This document shows, piece after piece, positions 1-16,182 of a DNA stretch of 64,000 nucleotides. Position numbers and translations under genes: made by a program. Origin of the DNA: the human T2T-CHM13v2.0 reference genome, Homo sapiens; assembly GCF_009914755.1 (NCBI RefSeq), contig NC_060932.1. One strand, written 5' to 3'. Under the pieces are notes generated by a model. The model was given only the letters and a program-made list of their open reading frames with translations. It had not been told where the DNA came from and did no database searches. Every line of letters starts with the position of its first letter. The stretch's first letter is position 1.

Positions 1-9
1 AGCTAATTA

Positions 10-350
10 ATCCATTCATCAAATATACACTGAATATTTACTCTGTTGTTGGCACATTGTTCAATGCTGAAGATTCAGCACAAACAAGTTAGGCATCCTT
101 CCCGTTCTCATGGAGGGCGTTGAAGCAGGTAATAAAGGCATTAAGCAAATTACAAGAGAGATGAGTGTTACAAAGAAGTGGGTGAGAGAAGGCCTTCTTA
201 AGAATGAGACCTGAAGAATGGGAAGTAGTTATCCTGGAGAAGAGGGTGGAGAAAATTTTCCAGGCATACAAACCCACTCCAAGATAAGGGTGAATGTGGT
301 GCTTTGGGGGATCGTGAGAAAACCATATGGCTCTTGCAGAAAGAGTTGGA
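10..350 (-). mobile_element. L2 3' fragment
   Basis: Starts with a degenerate reverse L2 tail (cattcatcaaatat...tgaatatttac...ggcac). Confidence 0.6.
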
Positions 351-542
351 GGAAAATAGCTGAGGTAGGTACTTTACCTTCAAGGAAAGACTTGATGTCC
401 AGCTGTGGAGCACATGGTCAGCAGACAGTCTACAGCTGTCAGCTCTTTCAGGTCAGCCTCAGCTCCTGAGAGATGCCTTGACCAAGGTCACACCCTTTCT
501 GGAGCAGCCTGCATCTGGTGACAGAGCAAGATTGGGATATAG

Positions 543-882
<340 letters not shown>

Positions 883-935
883 TCTTTTTAAAGAATTTTA
901 AGCGTTAATATATTTAATAGTATACTAAAATTTAA

Positions 936-1347
<412 letters not shown>

Positions 1348-1649
1348 TTTAGTGGTAATTTCTGAGATTTTGTGCACCTGTCACTTGAGCAGTGTACACT
1401 GTACCCAATATATAGTCTTTTATCCCTCACCCCATTCCCAGCCCTTTCCCCGAGTCCCAAAAGTCCATTATATCATTCTTATGCCTTTGCAACCTCATAG
1501 CTTAGCTCCCACTTTTAAGTGAGGATCTATGATATTTGGTTTTCCATTCCTGAGTTACTTCACTTAGAGTAATGGTCTCCAATTCCATCCAGGTTGTTGT
1601 GAATGCCATTATTTTGTTCCTTTTTATGGTTGAGTAATATTCCATGGTG

Positions 1650-2338
1650 TATATATATTATGTACATATAAATTATATATAATATATATTATGTACGTAT
1701 ATATTATATATTATGTACGTATATAATATATTATATATTATGTATATATAATATATATTACATATTATGTACATATATAATATATATTATGTACATATAT
1801 AATATATATTACATATTATGTACATATATAATATATATTATGTACATATATAATATATATTATGTACATATATAATATATATTTACATATATAATATTAT
1901 GTACACATATATTATATATATTATGTACATATATAATATATTATATATGTACATATATTATATATTATATATGTACATATATTATATATTATATATGTAC
2001 ATATATTACATATTATATATTTGTACATATATTATATATAATATATATTTGTACATATATTATATATAATATATATTATATACACCATGGAATATTACTC
2101 AATATATAATATATTATATTATATAATATATATTATATATATTACATATAATATATATTATATATATTACATATAATATATATTATATATATTACATATA
2201 ATATATATTATATATATTACATATAATATATATTATATATTACATGTAATATATATATTATATATATTACATGTAATATATATTATATATATTACATATA
2301 ATATATATTATATATATTACATGTAATATATATATATA
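1650..2338. repeat. Expanded AT-rich minisatellite (TATATTATGTACATATATAA-like units)
   Basis: About 690 bp of almost pure A/T with recurring GTAC/TTAC cores, at the ATATAT site of the L1 3' region. Confidence 0.95.
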
Positions 2339-3351
2339 CCACATTTTCTTTATCCACTCATTGGTTGATGGTCATTTAGGCTGGTTCTATATTTTGCAAT
2401 TGCGAATGTGCTGCAATAAACATGTGTGTGCAAGTGTTCTTCTCATATAATGACTTCTTTTCCTCTGGGTAGTTACCTAGTAGTGAGATTGCTGGATCAA
2501 ATGGTAAATCTACTTTTAGTTCTTTAAGGAATCTCCATACTGTTTTCCATTGTGGTTGTATTTGTTTACATTCCCACCAGCAGTGTAAAAGTGTTTCCTT
2601 TTCACCACATCCATGCCAACATCTATTATTTTTTGATTTTTCAATTGTGACCATTCTTGCAGGAGTAAGGTGGTATTGCATTGTGGTTTTGATTTGTATT
2701 TCCCTGATAATTAGTGATGTTGAGCATTTTTTCATGTTTGTTGGCCATTTGTATATCTTGTTTTGAGAATTGCCTATTCATGTCCTTTGCCCACTTTTTG
2801 ATGGGATTGTTTGTTTCTTGCTGATTTCTTTGAGTTCCTTGTAGATTCTGGTTATTAGTCCTTTGTTGGATGCATAGTTTGTGAATACTCTCCTTGTGGG
2901 GGACATTCTGATGGGCAATAGTCAACCCAGAGCTCCCGGCTGAGTTTGCTGGGTCTGCAACACAGTTCAATTACTTCCTCAGTCCAGTCCTGCTTTGGCC
3001 TCCTCCCCTTTGCAGGTATTGATTCTTGATAAACATCTTGCCTCAAACTGTTGGAACCTACTCCCAGAGAACCCTACGTCCCATAGCAATGAAACAAGAA
3101 GGCTTTGTATCATGGGTGATAATATTACCAAGTATCTCCTAAAACACAAAGAAGGTGAGGGCTCTTGTGGCCTGAGAGGGATGGACTATACTTTTGGGGA
3201 GCAAGAGCAACTTTGGAGTCCTCACTGAAGGATTTACACATAAGTTTGCAATATGTAAGTTGAGAGATTTTGGAATTCAGAGAACTCGGGGGGAGTGAGG
3301 ATTTTTGAAGAGGATAAACATTTTGGGGGTATATTTAAAATGCTTTTTATT

Positions 3352-3556
<205 letters not shown>

Positions 3557-4419
3557 TCAAGTGATAACATTTGTATATGGTTATATAAATTATATTAGTA
3601 ATATGGCTGTTTGGATTTATGTGCTCTTTTATCCATGGGATCTCCCAGGAATGTGAGCAAAAGGGAACATCACAGAAATACTTTTTCCATTGAGGATAAT
3701 ATCAGATTCCATACTGCGGGCATTTAAAATTTTATGTTCTCTCTGGGCAGTAGACTTTAAAAAATATAATTAGATGCTACTCCAGTGGGTACTTTATAAA
3801 GCATTAAAATATTAAATAACCTGATGAATGTTTAACTTAGCTGGAATGAGGGTAACTATATTCCTCTGTCCTTACTATAAGGTGTACTACTATGATCCAG
3901 TCTGCCCACAAAATACAGATACAGAAGCTCCTTCCCCCTGCTAATGGTCCTGAGATGCTATAGATACCTGTCCTTACTACAGATATCTTGGAGGACATGG
4001 TGGATGGTGTGATTCCAGTTTCTGAAAACCAGAGGCTTAGTGATGGGTGTTGCTACCCAGGCAACTGAGCAGTTGCTCTGCAGACCCTGCTGAGGTGCTG
4101 GAAGTATCCCCATCTGGTGCAGCTCCTCACAGACATACTTTCCTGGGTCCCCTGGCTCAAGTGCACCCTGACTTGGGGACTCCTCTTTGAAGGCAGTCCA
4201 GTGATCCCTGACCCAAAACTCTCTTTTCCCCTTCCTCTAGTCACTTCCTCAGGTTTTGATGCCTCCCCTCAGGCCAGATTATAGTCAAATACCCTCCTTT
4301 CTCCTTGAGATTGAAAGGACGATCACTCTCTTTAGCACTTTATAGGTGATTTCAGAGGAAAACAATATGTGGTTTAAATTTCCTGCCATATAGCAATATA
4401 TGGTTTGAATATGTAAAAA

Positions 4420-4645
4420 ATGAAAGCGATTCCATTTACATGAAGTTCTAGACCGAACAAAATTTCTCTGTGATGATAACTGTCAGAATAGTGGTTGCCT
4501 CTGGAGGGAGTATTGACTGGAAAGAGGCATGAGCATCTTTTCTAGAATGAAGGAAATGTTCTTGATGGGAGTGGGGGTATATGTTTGTCAAAATTTATTG
4601 AACTATATATTTAAACTATGCATTTATTTTATGTACATTTAAACA
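4420..4645 (+). mobile_element. Old L1M 3' fragment
   Basis: gattccatttacatgaagttctaga...agtggttgcctctgg...tttgtcaaaatttattgaact motifs. Confidence 0.65.
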
Positions 4646-4931
4646 GATAAAGCAGGATGACAAATAGTTCAAAAACGAAAGAGAAAAGTCCATGTGAGAA
4701 TAATTCAGCAAACATTTACATTTCAAAATGGTTTGGTTTTAATTTTCTGACTTTATTAGGGCCATTTATAGGAAAGGACCCACCATCAGCATGTAGCTCT
4801 GCTGAGGGATATAACAACACTTTTATCCATAGGCAATTATTTCTTATTGGAAATACAGAACTTTGCATGAAGTAAAGCTCTTTAAATAGAGTAAAAATGT
4901 TTGCATATTTCATAAGTTTAGAAGTTAGCTA

Positions 4932-5577
4932 GAAGTCACCGCTCTTCCTCTTCCCCTAAGTGGCCTAAGGTGATCTGTGAAAATGGTTTGCTATTCACTT
5001 GACCCAGAAAACCCCGCGAAATCATGAAAATCAAGAGGTTCAAATCTTCATGTTCACTTTAAGAACACTTGTGAAACTGCCAGGGCCATGAAGGGTATGC
5101 CTATACGGAAAGCCACCAAGTATGTGACAGATGTCACTTTACAGAAACTGTGTACCATTCTGATTTTACAATTGTGGAGTTGGTAGGTACTCTCAGGCCA
5201 AACAGTGCGGCTGGACACACAGTTGGTGGCCCAAAAAGAGTCTTGAATTTTTGCTGCACATGCTTAAAAATGCAGAGAGTAATGCTGAACTTAAGGTTTT
5301 ATCCGATGTAGATTCTCTGCTCATTAAGCATAGCCAGGTGAACAAAGCACCTAAGATGTGCCATCGGACTTACAGAGCTCACGGTCAGATCAACCCATAC
5401 ATGAGCTCTCCCTGCCACATTGAGATGATCCTTGCTGAAAAGGAACACACTGTTCCTAAACCAGAAGAGGATGTTGCACAGAAAAAAAAAGATATCCCAG
5501 TATAAACTGAAGAGGCAAAAACTTAACGGCACGGGAATAAATTCAGCACAAATAAAGACAAAGTTAAAAAAAAAAAA
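4932..5577 (+). pseudogene. RPL17: Processed pseudogene of ribosomal protein L17 (uL22)
   Basis: Pyrimidine-rich 5' leader. ATG at 4983 reads MVCYSLDPENPAKS* (premature TGA 5025-5027). A frameshift lies near 5150. The downstream frame reads [14 protein letters not shown]...[15 protein letters not shown]...VPKPEE. Intronless, with AATAAA at 5551, a poly(A) tail and TSD AAGTTAGCTA at 4922-4931 / 5576-5585. Confidence 0.96.
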
Positions 5578-5874
5578 GTTAGCTAAATGAGATTCAGTAC
5601 ACATTTCTGTAGCTTTTGTCAGTAGCTGACCCCCAATGTTTCTACCTACAGAGTGGCCACTAAGTTTAGAAATACAGGTGGCTCTTTGCCCTCACTATGT
5701 TAAGTGACCACCAATTACTGTCTGCACTTAACACAGGAGGCAAGGTAACCTGGAGAGCACCACCACATGACCCCAGGGTGGTGAGGAACTGGTAGGATGA
5801 TCATTCCTAAAATTGGATTGGATGACATAGCCCTGTGGAGTATGCTGCGTGATGGCCAGAATACCCTTGGGTAT

Positions 5875-6460
<586 letters not shown>

Positions 6461-6527
6461 TGAGGTACACTAAAAAGACAGGTTCCTCCTCACCACCCAC
6501 CATGAAAATCAGAGACAAAATCTGACT

Positions 6528-6707
6528 CAGTGGGTTTCAAACTTTAGCTTGCATCAGAATCACATGCAGAGCTTGTTAAAACCCACATTATTAGTCAGAG
6601 TTTCTGATTCAGTAGGTCTGGGGTGAGGCCCTGAAAATTTGCATTTCTTAACATTCCCAGGCATTGCTGATCCTGCTGATTCCAGGAGTCATATCTGAGA
6701 ACTACTG
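6528..6707. mobile_element. MER5A DNA transposon
   Basis: cagtggg..tcaaactttagcttgcatcagaatcac...ctgattcagtaggtctgggg...gagaactactg. Confidence 0.85.
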
Positions 6708-7290
6708 ATCTAAGGTGATGCATTACAGATGCATGTGCAGGGATTGCTAGAAATGCCATGTTAATGTATCCTGTTCATTGTGATTCGGCCTAGCACATTA
6801 AACTATGCATCGCTAATGAGGGACAACACATCAAACATATAATATATTGTAATGTAATATCAATAAACCATTTATTATGCATAGTTGCCTATGTTTCCAG
6901 ACTTTATGGCCACTCTGTAGGGAAGCTATTTGCCTCTGTAGTGAATGGATTTCCTTTTAATGAGTGTGAAATTAAAATTCCATGTTAAAATTAGAATAGA
7001 ACCCAAACTTCAATAAATCCATAAAATAGTAATATCAGAGAACCTTCGTTAACTTATATACCAAATAAATATTTAACAAGGTGTGACACTCAGGAATTTT
7101 ATTTATATTTTATTAAACACCACAATTTCCACAACATATTATTTATACACAGAGAGATTATACAACCTCAGGATTTTTGGAGTACCCAGGATGGAGTTTC
7201 TACACCATGACTTCTCCAGGGACCTAGTCTTCTAGGAGAAAGATATAAGAGGCATTTGTTTGTGCTATCCATAGAACTGAAAAATACTGA

Positions 7291-7646
<356 letters not shown>

Positions 7647-7915
7647 CATTTTTTCTTTGTTTTAACTTTTCTATTTCTTGGCCTACTGATTTGGATTTTC
7701 TCTTTTGAGGGAGAAGGATACACAGGAGAGACATATATTGGAAAAGAATAAAATAAAGTACTAGAAATTTTGCTGAGTGTCTGAGTCCTTTGGCCACTGT
7801 TTGGAGATCATTGGCCACAAATACACACAGGACTACTTTAAGAGATATATGTATACTGAATAATTTATGGATGAAATGAGACATCTGTGATTTGCTTTAA
7901 AATACTGCAACATGC

Positions 7916-8345
7916 AGCTGGGCACAGTGGCTCATGCCTGTAATCCCAGGGCTTTGGGAGGCCAGGTGGGAGGATTACTTTAAGCCCAGGAATTTGAGAC
8001 TAGCTGGGGCAACACAGCGAGACTCTGTCTCTAAAATTTTTTTTTTTTTTTAATTAGCTGGACATGGTAGTGCGTGCCTGTAATCCTGGCTACTCAGGAG
8101 GCTGAGGCGGGAGAATCCCTTGAGCCCAGGAGTTGGAGGTTACAGTGAGCTATGATCATGTCACTGAAGACTAGCCTGAGTAACAGAGCAAGACCCTATA
8201 CCAAAAAATGAACAAGCCAGCCTGGGCAACATGGCAAAACCCTGTTCCTACAAAAAATAAAAAATTAGCCAGGTGTGGTACCACAGGCCTCTGGTCCCAG
8301 CTAGTAGGGAGGTTGGGGAAAAAAAAAAAAAGAAAAGAGAAAAAT
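7916..8345 (+). mobile_element. AluJ followed by a partial Alu, within an old L1M fragment
   Basis: AluJ-type sequence (gagctatgatcatg), then an internal Alu fragment at ~8215-8340 with an A tail. Confidence 0.85.
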
Positions 8346-9608
8346 AAAATAAAAAGTAAAATATTGAAACAAGCAAAAAGTTGAAAGAGGAAAGATGAAA
8401 TAAGTTTGGCAAAACAAAATGTTAATAATTGTTGAAACTGGGTGGTGGGGTTTATTATGATATACTACTTTTGTATATGTTTGAAAATTTCAGTAAGTTA
8501 AAAAAAGTATAAGGCTCGGCATGTATTCTTACCGCTGTCACTAATGGGACAAGAAACCATACTCGAATCACATAGATATACTGTGCGTCAATTTTTATAA
8601 ATGACTGTATAGCAATTATTCAATCAGCACAGTTATTGAGCTTGGCTTACTGTGTAGGGAGCATTCTGATATTACTACCTAAATTCCCAGGCATGTTGTT
8701 AGATAACTGAAAAGTTAATGTACTTAAAAAAATTTAAACTTATTAATAAATTAAATTTATGTATTATTATCACGAGATCCATTGTTGAAATTCTTTGAGT
8801 ACAAATGCTTGGAGCACAGATCATCAGTAAATGAAGGTTCCTGAAAGCTTCTTTTTTTTCATGTTTAAAAGTAGTTATTTAGGTTAGGTATTTGTTGAGA
8901 TAGCAGCTGCTCAGACTCCTACGTTGAGAATAGGACAGAAAAAAAAATAGTATGTTACACATCTTGGCTCCTTTTATGCTTCCGAGGAAAAAGCAAAGCA
9001 ACCTTTAAGATTTCTAAACACCATCTGTATCTACTACATGGTTATATTACTGTGTAAATAACATTATATTATTTAATTTGGACTTTTTTTGTGGTCAGTT
9101 CCCCCAAAGACAGGTAAATATCAAAGGAAAAACTTAAAGGGTAAAAATATGCAAGCTTGCATGTCTGTTGCTCTATGTGCGCACAAGCATAAATGATTTA
9201 AAAATTTTGGACTACAGTCCAGGCATGGCTGTGTGGCACACTGCCAGAATAGGAAACATGACATCCCCTTTCCTATTTATAGGCTTGAAGCTATGGGTAT
9301 GGTTTAGGTCTGGAAATGACCTGCTGCCTGAGGGCCTGGAAAATAAGTGCATGATCACATGCCTGGCCTTCAGTGGACAGGTAGACTGCATGTCTCTGAC
9401 TGGTGCTGAAGAAGCAGGAAAAGCAAAACGACTGCAAACAAGGATGAGATGTACCTTGCACATCAGTAGAGAAGGGGTAGACACAGGTATGAAATGATAA
9501 ATGTAGGGTGTACTAATCCTCCTGAATAGTTAGAAATTGTTTCCTGTGGTTGTTAAGCAATTATCCCCTGCTCGAAGGTGCCTTCGGTGCAGAGGGTTAA
9601 AATTCTAC

Positions 9609-9913
9609 TTTTTTTTTTTTTTTTTTGAGACGGAGTCTCGCTCTGTCGCCCAGGCTGGAGTGCAGTGGCGCGATCTCTGATCTCTGCTCACTGTAAGTTC
9701 TGCCTCCCGGGTTCACACTATTCTCCTGCCTCAGCTCCCAAGTAGCTGGGACTACAGGCGCCCGCCACCACACCCGGCTAATTTTTTGTATTTTTAGTAG
9801 AGACGAGGTTTCACCGTGTTAGCCAGGATGGTCTCGATCTCCTGACCTCGTGATCTGCCTGCCTCGGCCTCCCAAAGTGCGGGGATTACAGGTGTGAGCC
9901 ACTGCGCCTGGCC
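9609..9913 (-). mobile_element. AluY
   Basis: Full-length. TSD TTAAAATTCT. Small internal duplication gatctct. Confidence 0.92.
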
Positions 9914-10374
9914 TTAAAATTCTTTTATGATGTGGCATGTCTGAGCTACCTGTCCCTTTCCACAGATGACAGCATGCTAGAAGGGTTAGTTTTAGAAGGA
10001 AGAGTGGAAACAAATCCAGAGTTTGAGACCTACCTGGAATGGCAGGCAGGATGGGAGGGCTTCAGCTGGGGATGGTGATGGAGGTGGGGGAGTTTTCTGA
10101 GCAGTGGGAGGCAAGAGAGGGTGCTGGTTATCCAGAGGTGACAGAGAAGTTGCTAAGAGAGAAGTTGCTAAATATTGATGCAAAACTTACCTTCTTTACA
10201 ATTTTGCCTGTAGATTACCTTGACAGGAGGCAGTATCAATCACACTGTAGTTACTCAATAAACATTTATTGAATAAATACACAAATTCCCTTGGGACATG
10301 AATTTTTCTCTGGCAGATTGTTACATACTCAGACTGGTAAGTATATCCATAAACTATTTTAGTTTTGTTACTTT

Positions 10375-10525
10375 ATTTATATTTGAGACAGGGTCTTGCT
10401 CTGTTGCCCAGTGCAGTGGTGTGATCATAGCTAACTGCAGCCTCTACCTCCCGGGCTCAAGTGATCCTCTTGCCTCAGCCTCCCAAAGTGCTGAGATTAC
10501 AGGCATAAGCCACCACACCGAGCCC
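10375..10525 (-). mobile_element. Alu monomer/deleted AluJ
   Basis: gagacagggtcttgctctg...cctcccaaagtgctgagattacaggc. Confidence 0.85.
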
Positions 10526-11451
10526 TAGTTTTGATATTTTAGACTTATAAGAATAAAACTTTTATTATTCCAGAGTGCCAAATAGGGATATTTCTTCCCA
10601 TGAAAGCCTGTATTTAGATGACTTTCTCCTCCTTTTAGAGGAGATATTTATTGAAACAGTTTTTCTCCAAGTTGACAAATTTGTCAACAGTGGGCTATAG
10701 AAAAAAAATGAACTTCCTAATTAGCCAAGTAGCTTGTGTGTCTGGTAGTTTGAGTGTTAGAAAAGTAGATCAAGTTGGAAACCTAATGATTTCCCCATCG
10801 TCAATAAAGATCGTAATCACTGAAGATCTCTGCATATTAGAAAAACATTTTCTAACTCAGTGGGGTCTCATCTGATCTGCATACTTTTACTAGACTAATA
10901 TTTTTTCCTCCAGTGACAGGGCTTACTTGCATTCTCTACCTTATATTCTTACGTATTTGTAAAATTTAGAAAACCTTGCATAGTATGGACAATGTGAGCT
11001 CAGGTTCTTTGCTGCTGTTTTCCATGTTACCTCCTTTAATCCTTATAATACATCTGTGATATAGGTTTTGTTATCCCCATTTTGCCGATCAAAACCAAAG
11101 GAGGCCTCCTCTGGAGTGCAAGTTAGAGACCCAGGCCTGATAATCAGAACCTTTTCTTTTTTCTACATGAAAAGCCAAACATACACTTGTCTTATTCTGC
11201 TCTACTTTTACACGAGGAGTTACATTTGGAATTTTGAAAACGTCTATTCCATGGTTTACTCTAGCCATTTTCATTGATCTTTTGGAAACAAAATCTTACT
11301 TTTTTTTCCACTTAGTGTTCTAGAACTAAAGGGGCCGATGAAAATCTATGTGATCCTGCAAAGAATGACTGGGCTAAAATTAGATAGTATGGAAAACTGA
11401 GCCATTATGTTCATATTCAACCGCTAACTGTTTTAGTAAAATATATTGAAT

Positions 11452-12168
<717 letters not shown>

Positions 12169-12187
12169 TTATATATATAAAATGATA

Positions 12188-12550
12188 CAGGTTGAGTATC
12201 CCTTATCCAAAATGCTGGGGATGCAGAAGTGTTCCAGATTTTGGATTTTCTTGGATTTTGAGATGTTTGTATATATATAATAAGATATCTTGGAGGATGA
12301 GACCAAAGTCTAAATGGAAAATTTACATGTATTTCTTATATACCTTATGTATCGATCCTGAAGGTAATCCTATACAATATTTTAAATACTTTTATGCATG
12401 AAACAAAGTTTTGACTGTGTTTTGACTGCAACTTGTCACATGAGGTCAGATGTGGAATTTTCCACTTGTGGTGTCATGTCAGTGCTCACAAAGTTTCAAA
12501 TTTTGGGGCATTTTGGATTTTGAATTTTCAGATGAGGGATGCTCAACCTG
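12188..12550. mobile_element. Tigger4b/MER46-type DNA transposon, complete
   Basis: TIRs CAGGTTGAGTATCCCTTATC / GATGAGGGATGCTCAACCTG, flanked by TA on both sides. Confidence 0.88.
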
Positions 12551-12859
12551 TACCAAAAGTTGGTGCTAGCCGATTAGGCAGAAAAGGAGTTTATTATGTG
12601 GATATTTAGGAGAGAACCAGCTCAAGCCTTAGAGTTTAGGAATAACATCCAACTACAGGCTGCAGAACTGGCCTGATGTGTTCAACCATGGCCCCCACAA
12701 CTGTCCTACAAGCACTGAGGGACACTGCTGGTGTCCCCACCCAACACTGCCATTTCCGCAGCAGCAACTTGGCCGCCATTTTTGCCATCACAGAGATTCT
12801 GTATGTCATTTCCTTCCTCAAGTTGCTCCACTTTGTTTCCCTGAAATTTCCTATACTAA

Positions 12860-13050
12860 TTTTTTTTAAATCCTATATTGATTTCTTTTTATTGTGGTAA
12901 GAACATTTAACATGAGATCTACTCTCTTAAGTATTTTTAAGTGCACAATCCAGTATGATTAACTATAGGCACGATATTGTACAGTGGAGCTCTAGAACTT
13001 ATTCGTCTTGCATAATTGAAAATTTGACCCATTGAGTAGCAACCATCACT
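12860..13050 (-). mobile_element. L1MA/MB 3' end fragment
   Basis: ttgtggtaagaacatttaacatgagatctactctcttaa...ctagaacttattc. Confidence 0.8.
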
Positions 13051-15397
13051 CTAGAACAGATTCTTACTGGGAGAGCCTAAGTCATATGCCTGTATTTTGT
13101 AAAAGAGATTGCAGAACTACATTTTTTGGGTTCTATCTTAGCAAGGCAGGATTCTTAAAGCTTCACATTCTTATACATGACAAAAGCATTCAAAGGTGCT
13201 AGCCACACAGAAATTACTGCAAATGTCCACTATAGTTTTAATGTTGACAAGACTAGAATCCAAATGGTTCATCCCAAAATAACAATGCCTAGTAATTTCA
13301 AAATTTCAAATTATTGGTTTGAACACTGTAAAAGCAAAATATAATCTTCAGCAATGATTCCTAAAAATTCCCTTTTCTTTACACTCCTATGCAAAATCCT
13401 ACAAACTGCAGCTGCCTGTGCCTCCTCCCCTCAAAGCCCCTGGGAAAGCTCCCATTCCTTGTCTAAAGACCCTCTTCCTTCCCTCCTGCTTTCCTCAGCC
13501 CTCCTTTCAATTTCCCATTGCAAAAGCTCAAGAACTGGTCTAGTAAGACAGAAGCTGCCTTGGAGGGAGGCAGAGGAAACAGATTAAGGCCAGCAAAACT
13601 AGAATTCTCTTTAAGGGAAGGGATGGGAAAGGGAGAGACACTGGTACACTAAAAGCTTGTAACTAGTCACAGGATGGACACTTTTATTAGTGATACTTAA
13701 GCACTACTTGGAATAATTGACTGGTCTTAAAAGATGCAGAATGCTGTCAGATCTGGGGTTGAAATGTTGATTGTAGTTCCAAGTGTCTTCTATAGGAAAG
13801 CAGCTTGACTAAAGATAATAAATAAAAAGGAGCAGACTCACAGGTATTTTAAAGGAAAGATAAAGACTAGTGTTCACATTTATGAGTCTAAAAAGAACAT
13901 TAATTTGATTTCAGGTTCCCAGTATAGGATTAATTCTTTAGCAGTAAATTCTACTAAGAGTTACTATAAATTATTGTCACAGATAGTTAGGTGATTCTCG
14001 GATGCTCCTAGTGAGCTCAGTGCTTTAGGATATTCTTTAGGATATTCTCATGTGTCTTCCTTGATAGTTTGTGACAAGCGCAATGACACTTCAAATATTC
14101 ATTCTTTTATGAAATTTTGTTGACCCTGACACAAAGCTATTAAACTGTCTACTCACGTTTACTGTTCCACCAAATGAAAACTTTATACAATATTTCTGAT
14201 CAGCATTGCTTGAGATAGACAGCTGGATCTAAACACATCCAGCAACACCATTTCTGCTTAGCAGATATCAGATTGTTTCCCTTAGAATACTGAATACAGC
14301 TCCAAATTACTGAAGAATTCCATCTAGGACAGCAGGGATTTTGTCTCTGCCAAAAGGATAGCTATCATAGAAATGCAAGAACTGAACCTAACACCAGTAA
14401 TTTGGTTATTGCAAATTATTTCTTCCACTGGACTGCTGGCTCACATTCATGGAAGGGCTAGGTATTGCTGCTATCTTTCAATTCTTCCCAAATGGGGAAG
14501 CATTTACTATTGAGTCAGTTTGAAACTTAGAACTTACTGTTTCAGTGTCATATGGATAGATCATGAAGCTAGCCTCTTAGTTTAACTCATAACTAAATTA
14601 TAAGGTTAATAATACTCAGTGTATACGCTATAACATCCTAAGTTGTAATTGGATGTGCTTGCCTTGCCTAGCCTGGGCTGGTAAAACAAGGATGGATGCC
14701 CTGGGCAGAGACTCCCATTGGGCATCCACTGGGGAAAGAGGAAATAGTCCTAGAAGTCATAACTGCAGAAACAGAGTCAGGGGGCGGAAAATGAGGACTT
14801 AATTAGGGTCTGCCTTAGAAGATCTTCAAGCTGCCTTATTTTCATGTGCATTATTCAGACGTCTGAGAAGTTCCTGGTGCAATGTGTCTTGTGAAATATA
14901 TTAGGCATTCAGTGCAGCTGTTTCCAGGTTTATTATGCAATATTCTGATTCTGATTCATGAAAATATTGCATTAAATACAATCGCTCATGTAATTACTGT
15001 GCTTAATCTACAGCATACTTTAATTAACACTGCACAGAATTCTGATTTAATCAATTAGATTTGATCTAGCGCAACTTAGCTGTAAATACTTTTTATGATG
15101 CAGCAGCCCAAAATAATTATTGAGACCTAGGGTAATATACAACTCTAAAACTAACACATTTCCTATGTTGAAAAGAGCACATCATAATTTGAACTATAAT
15201 TTTATTATTTACAAAAGTAAACTATAAAGAGTAGATCATTCCGTTTCCACTAATAGCCTATTAAAAAAAATCTCATTGGGAGTGTTAGAACTTAAAAAAT
15301 TTGTTTTATTTTTTAAAGATTAAACTCAAGCAAAAGTCACTGCTTTCTGGCTGTGTAAATAGTCTTATTAACATCAATATCTCATGATGTTTCTCAA

Positions 15398-16182
15398 TGT
15401 TGTAGGTTAAATTTTATCTCCCCCTTCCCCACAAAGAGATACGTTGAAGTTTTAACTTCCACTACCTCTGAATGTAGGGTCATTGCAGATGTAGTTAGGA
15501 ATGAGGTCATACTGGAATAAGGTGGGACCATGATCCCATAAGGTGGGACAACAATATGACTGTTGTCTTTCTAAGATGAATGTTAAGGCAGAAACACACA
15601 AAGAGAAGGACATGTAAGTCCAAGGCAGAGATTAGTATTTTGTAGCTGCAAGCCAAGGAACGCTAAGGACTTCTGGTAACCAACCAGAAGCTAGGAAGAG
15701 GCAAGGGAGGAGTTCTCCTACAGGTTTCACAGCAAACATGGCCCCACTGACATCTTGATTTTGGACTTCCAGACTCCAGAACTGTGAGAGACAAAATGTG
15801 TATTTGTTTGGTTTGGTTTGGTTTTAGAGACAGGGTCTCACTCTGTCACCCAGGCTGGAGTATAGTGTCATAATAATAGCTCACTGCAGCCTCGAATTCC
15901 TCGTGTCAAGCAATCCTTCTGCTTCAGCCTCCTGAGTAGCTAGGACTACAGGTGCATGCCACCACACCTGGCTAATTTTTTTATTTTTATTTTTTGTAGA
16001 CACAGGGTCTCACTATGTTGCCCAGGCTAGTCTCACACTCCTGGCCTCAAGCAATCCTCATGCCTCAGCCCCTCAAAGTGCTGGAATTATAGGTGTGAGC
16101 CACCACGCTTAGCCAAATTTGTGTTGTTTTAAGCAATCCAATTTGTGGTCCTTGGTTACAGTGGCCCTAAGAAACTAAAATA
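15398..16182 (+). mobile_element. MLT1 (MaLR) LTR with an inserted AluJ (15805-16114, minus)
   Basis: MLT1 motifs (gcaagccaaggaac..ccagaagctaggaagaggcaagg..cttccagactccagaactgtgaga..ttacagtggccctaagaaacta). Confidence 0.85.

Noticed and set aside
1650-2338. Repeat array considered as CRISPR-like
   Set aside because: Eukaryotic low-complexity minisatellite without unique spacers or cas genes.
5251-5505. 84-aa ORF resembling RPL17
   Set aside because: Fragment of a pseudogene with an upstream stop, frameshifts and many substitutions.
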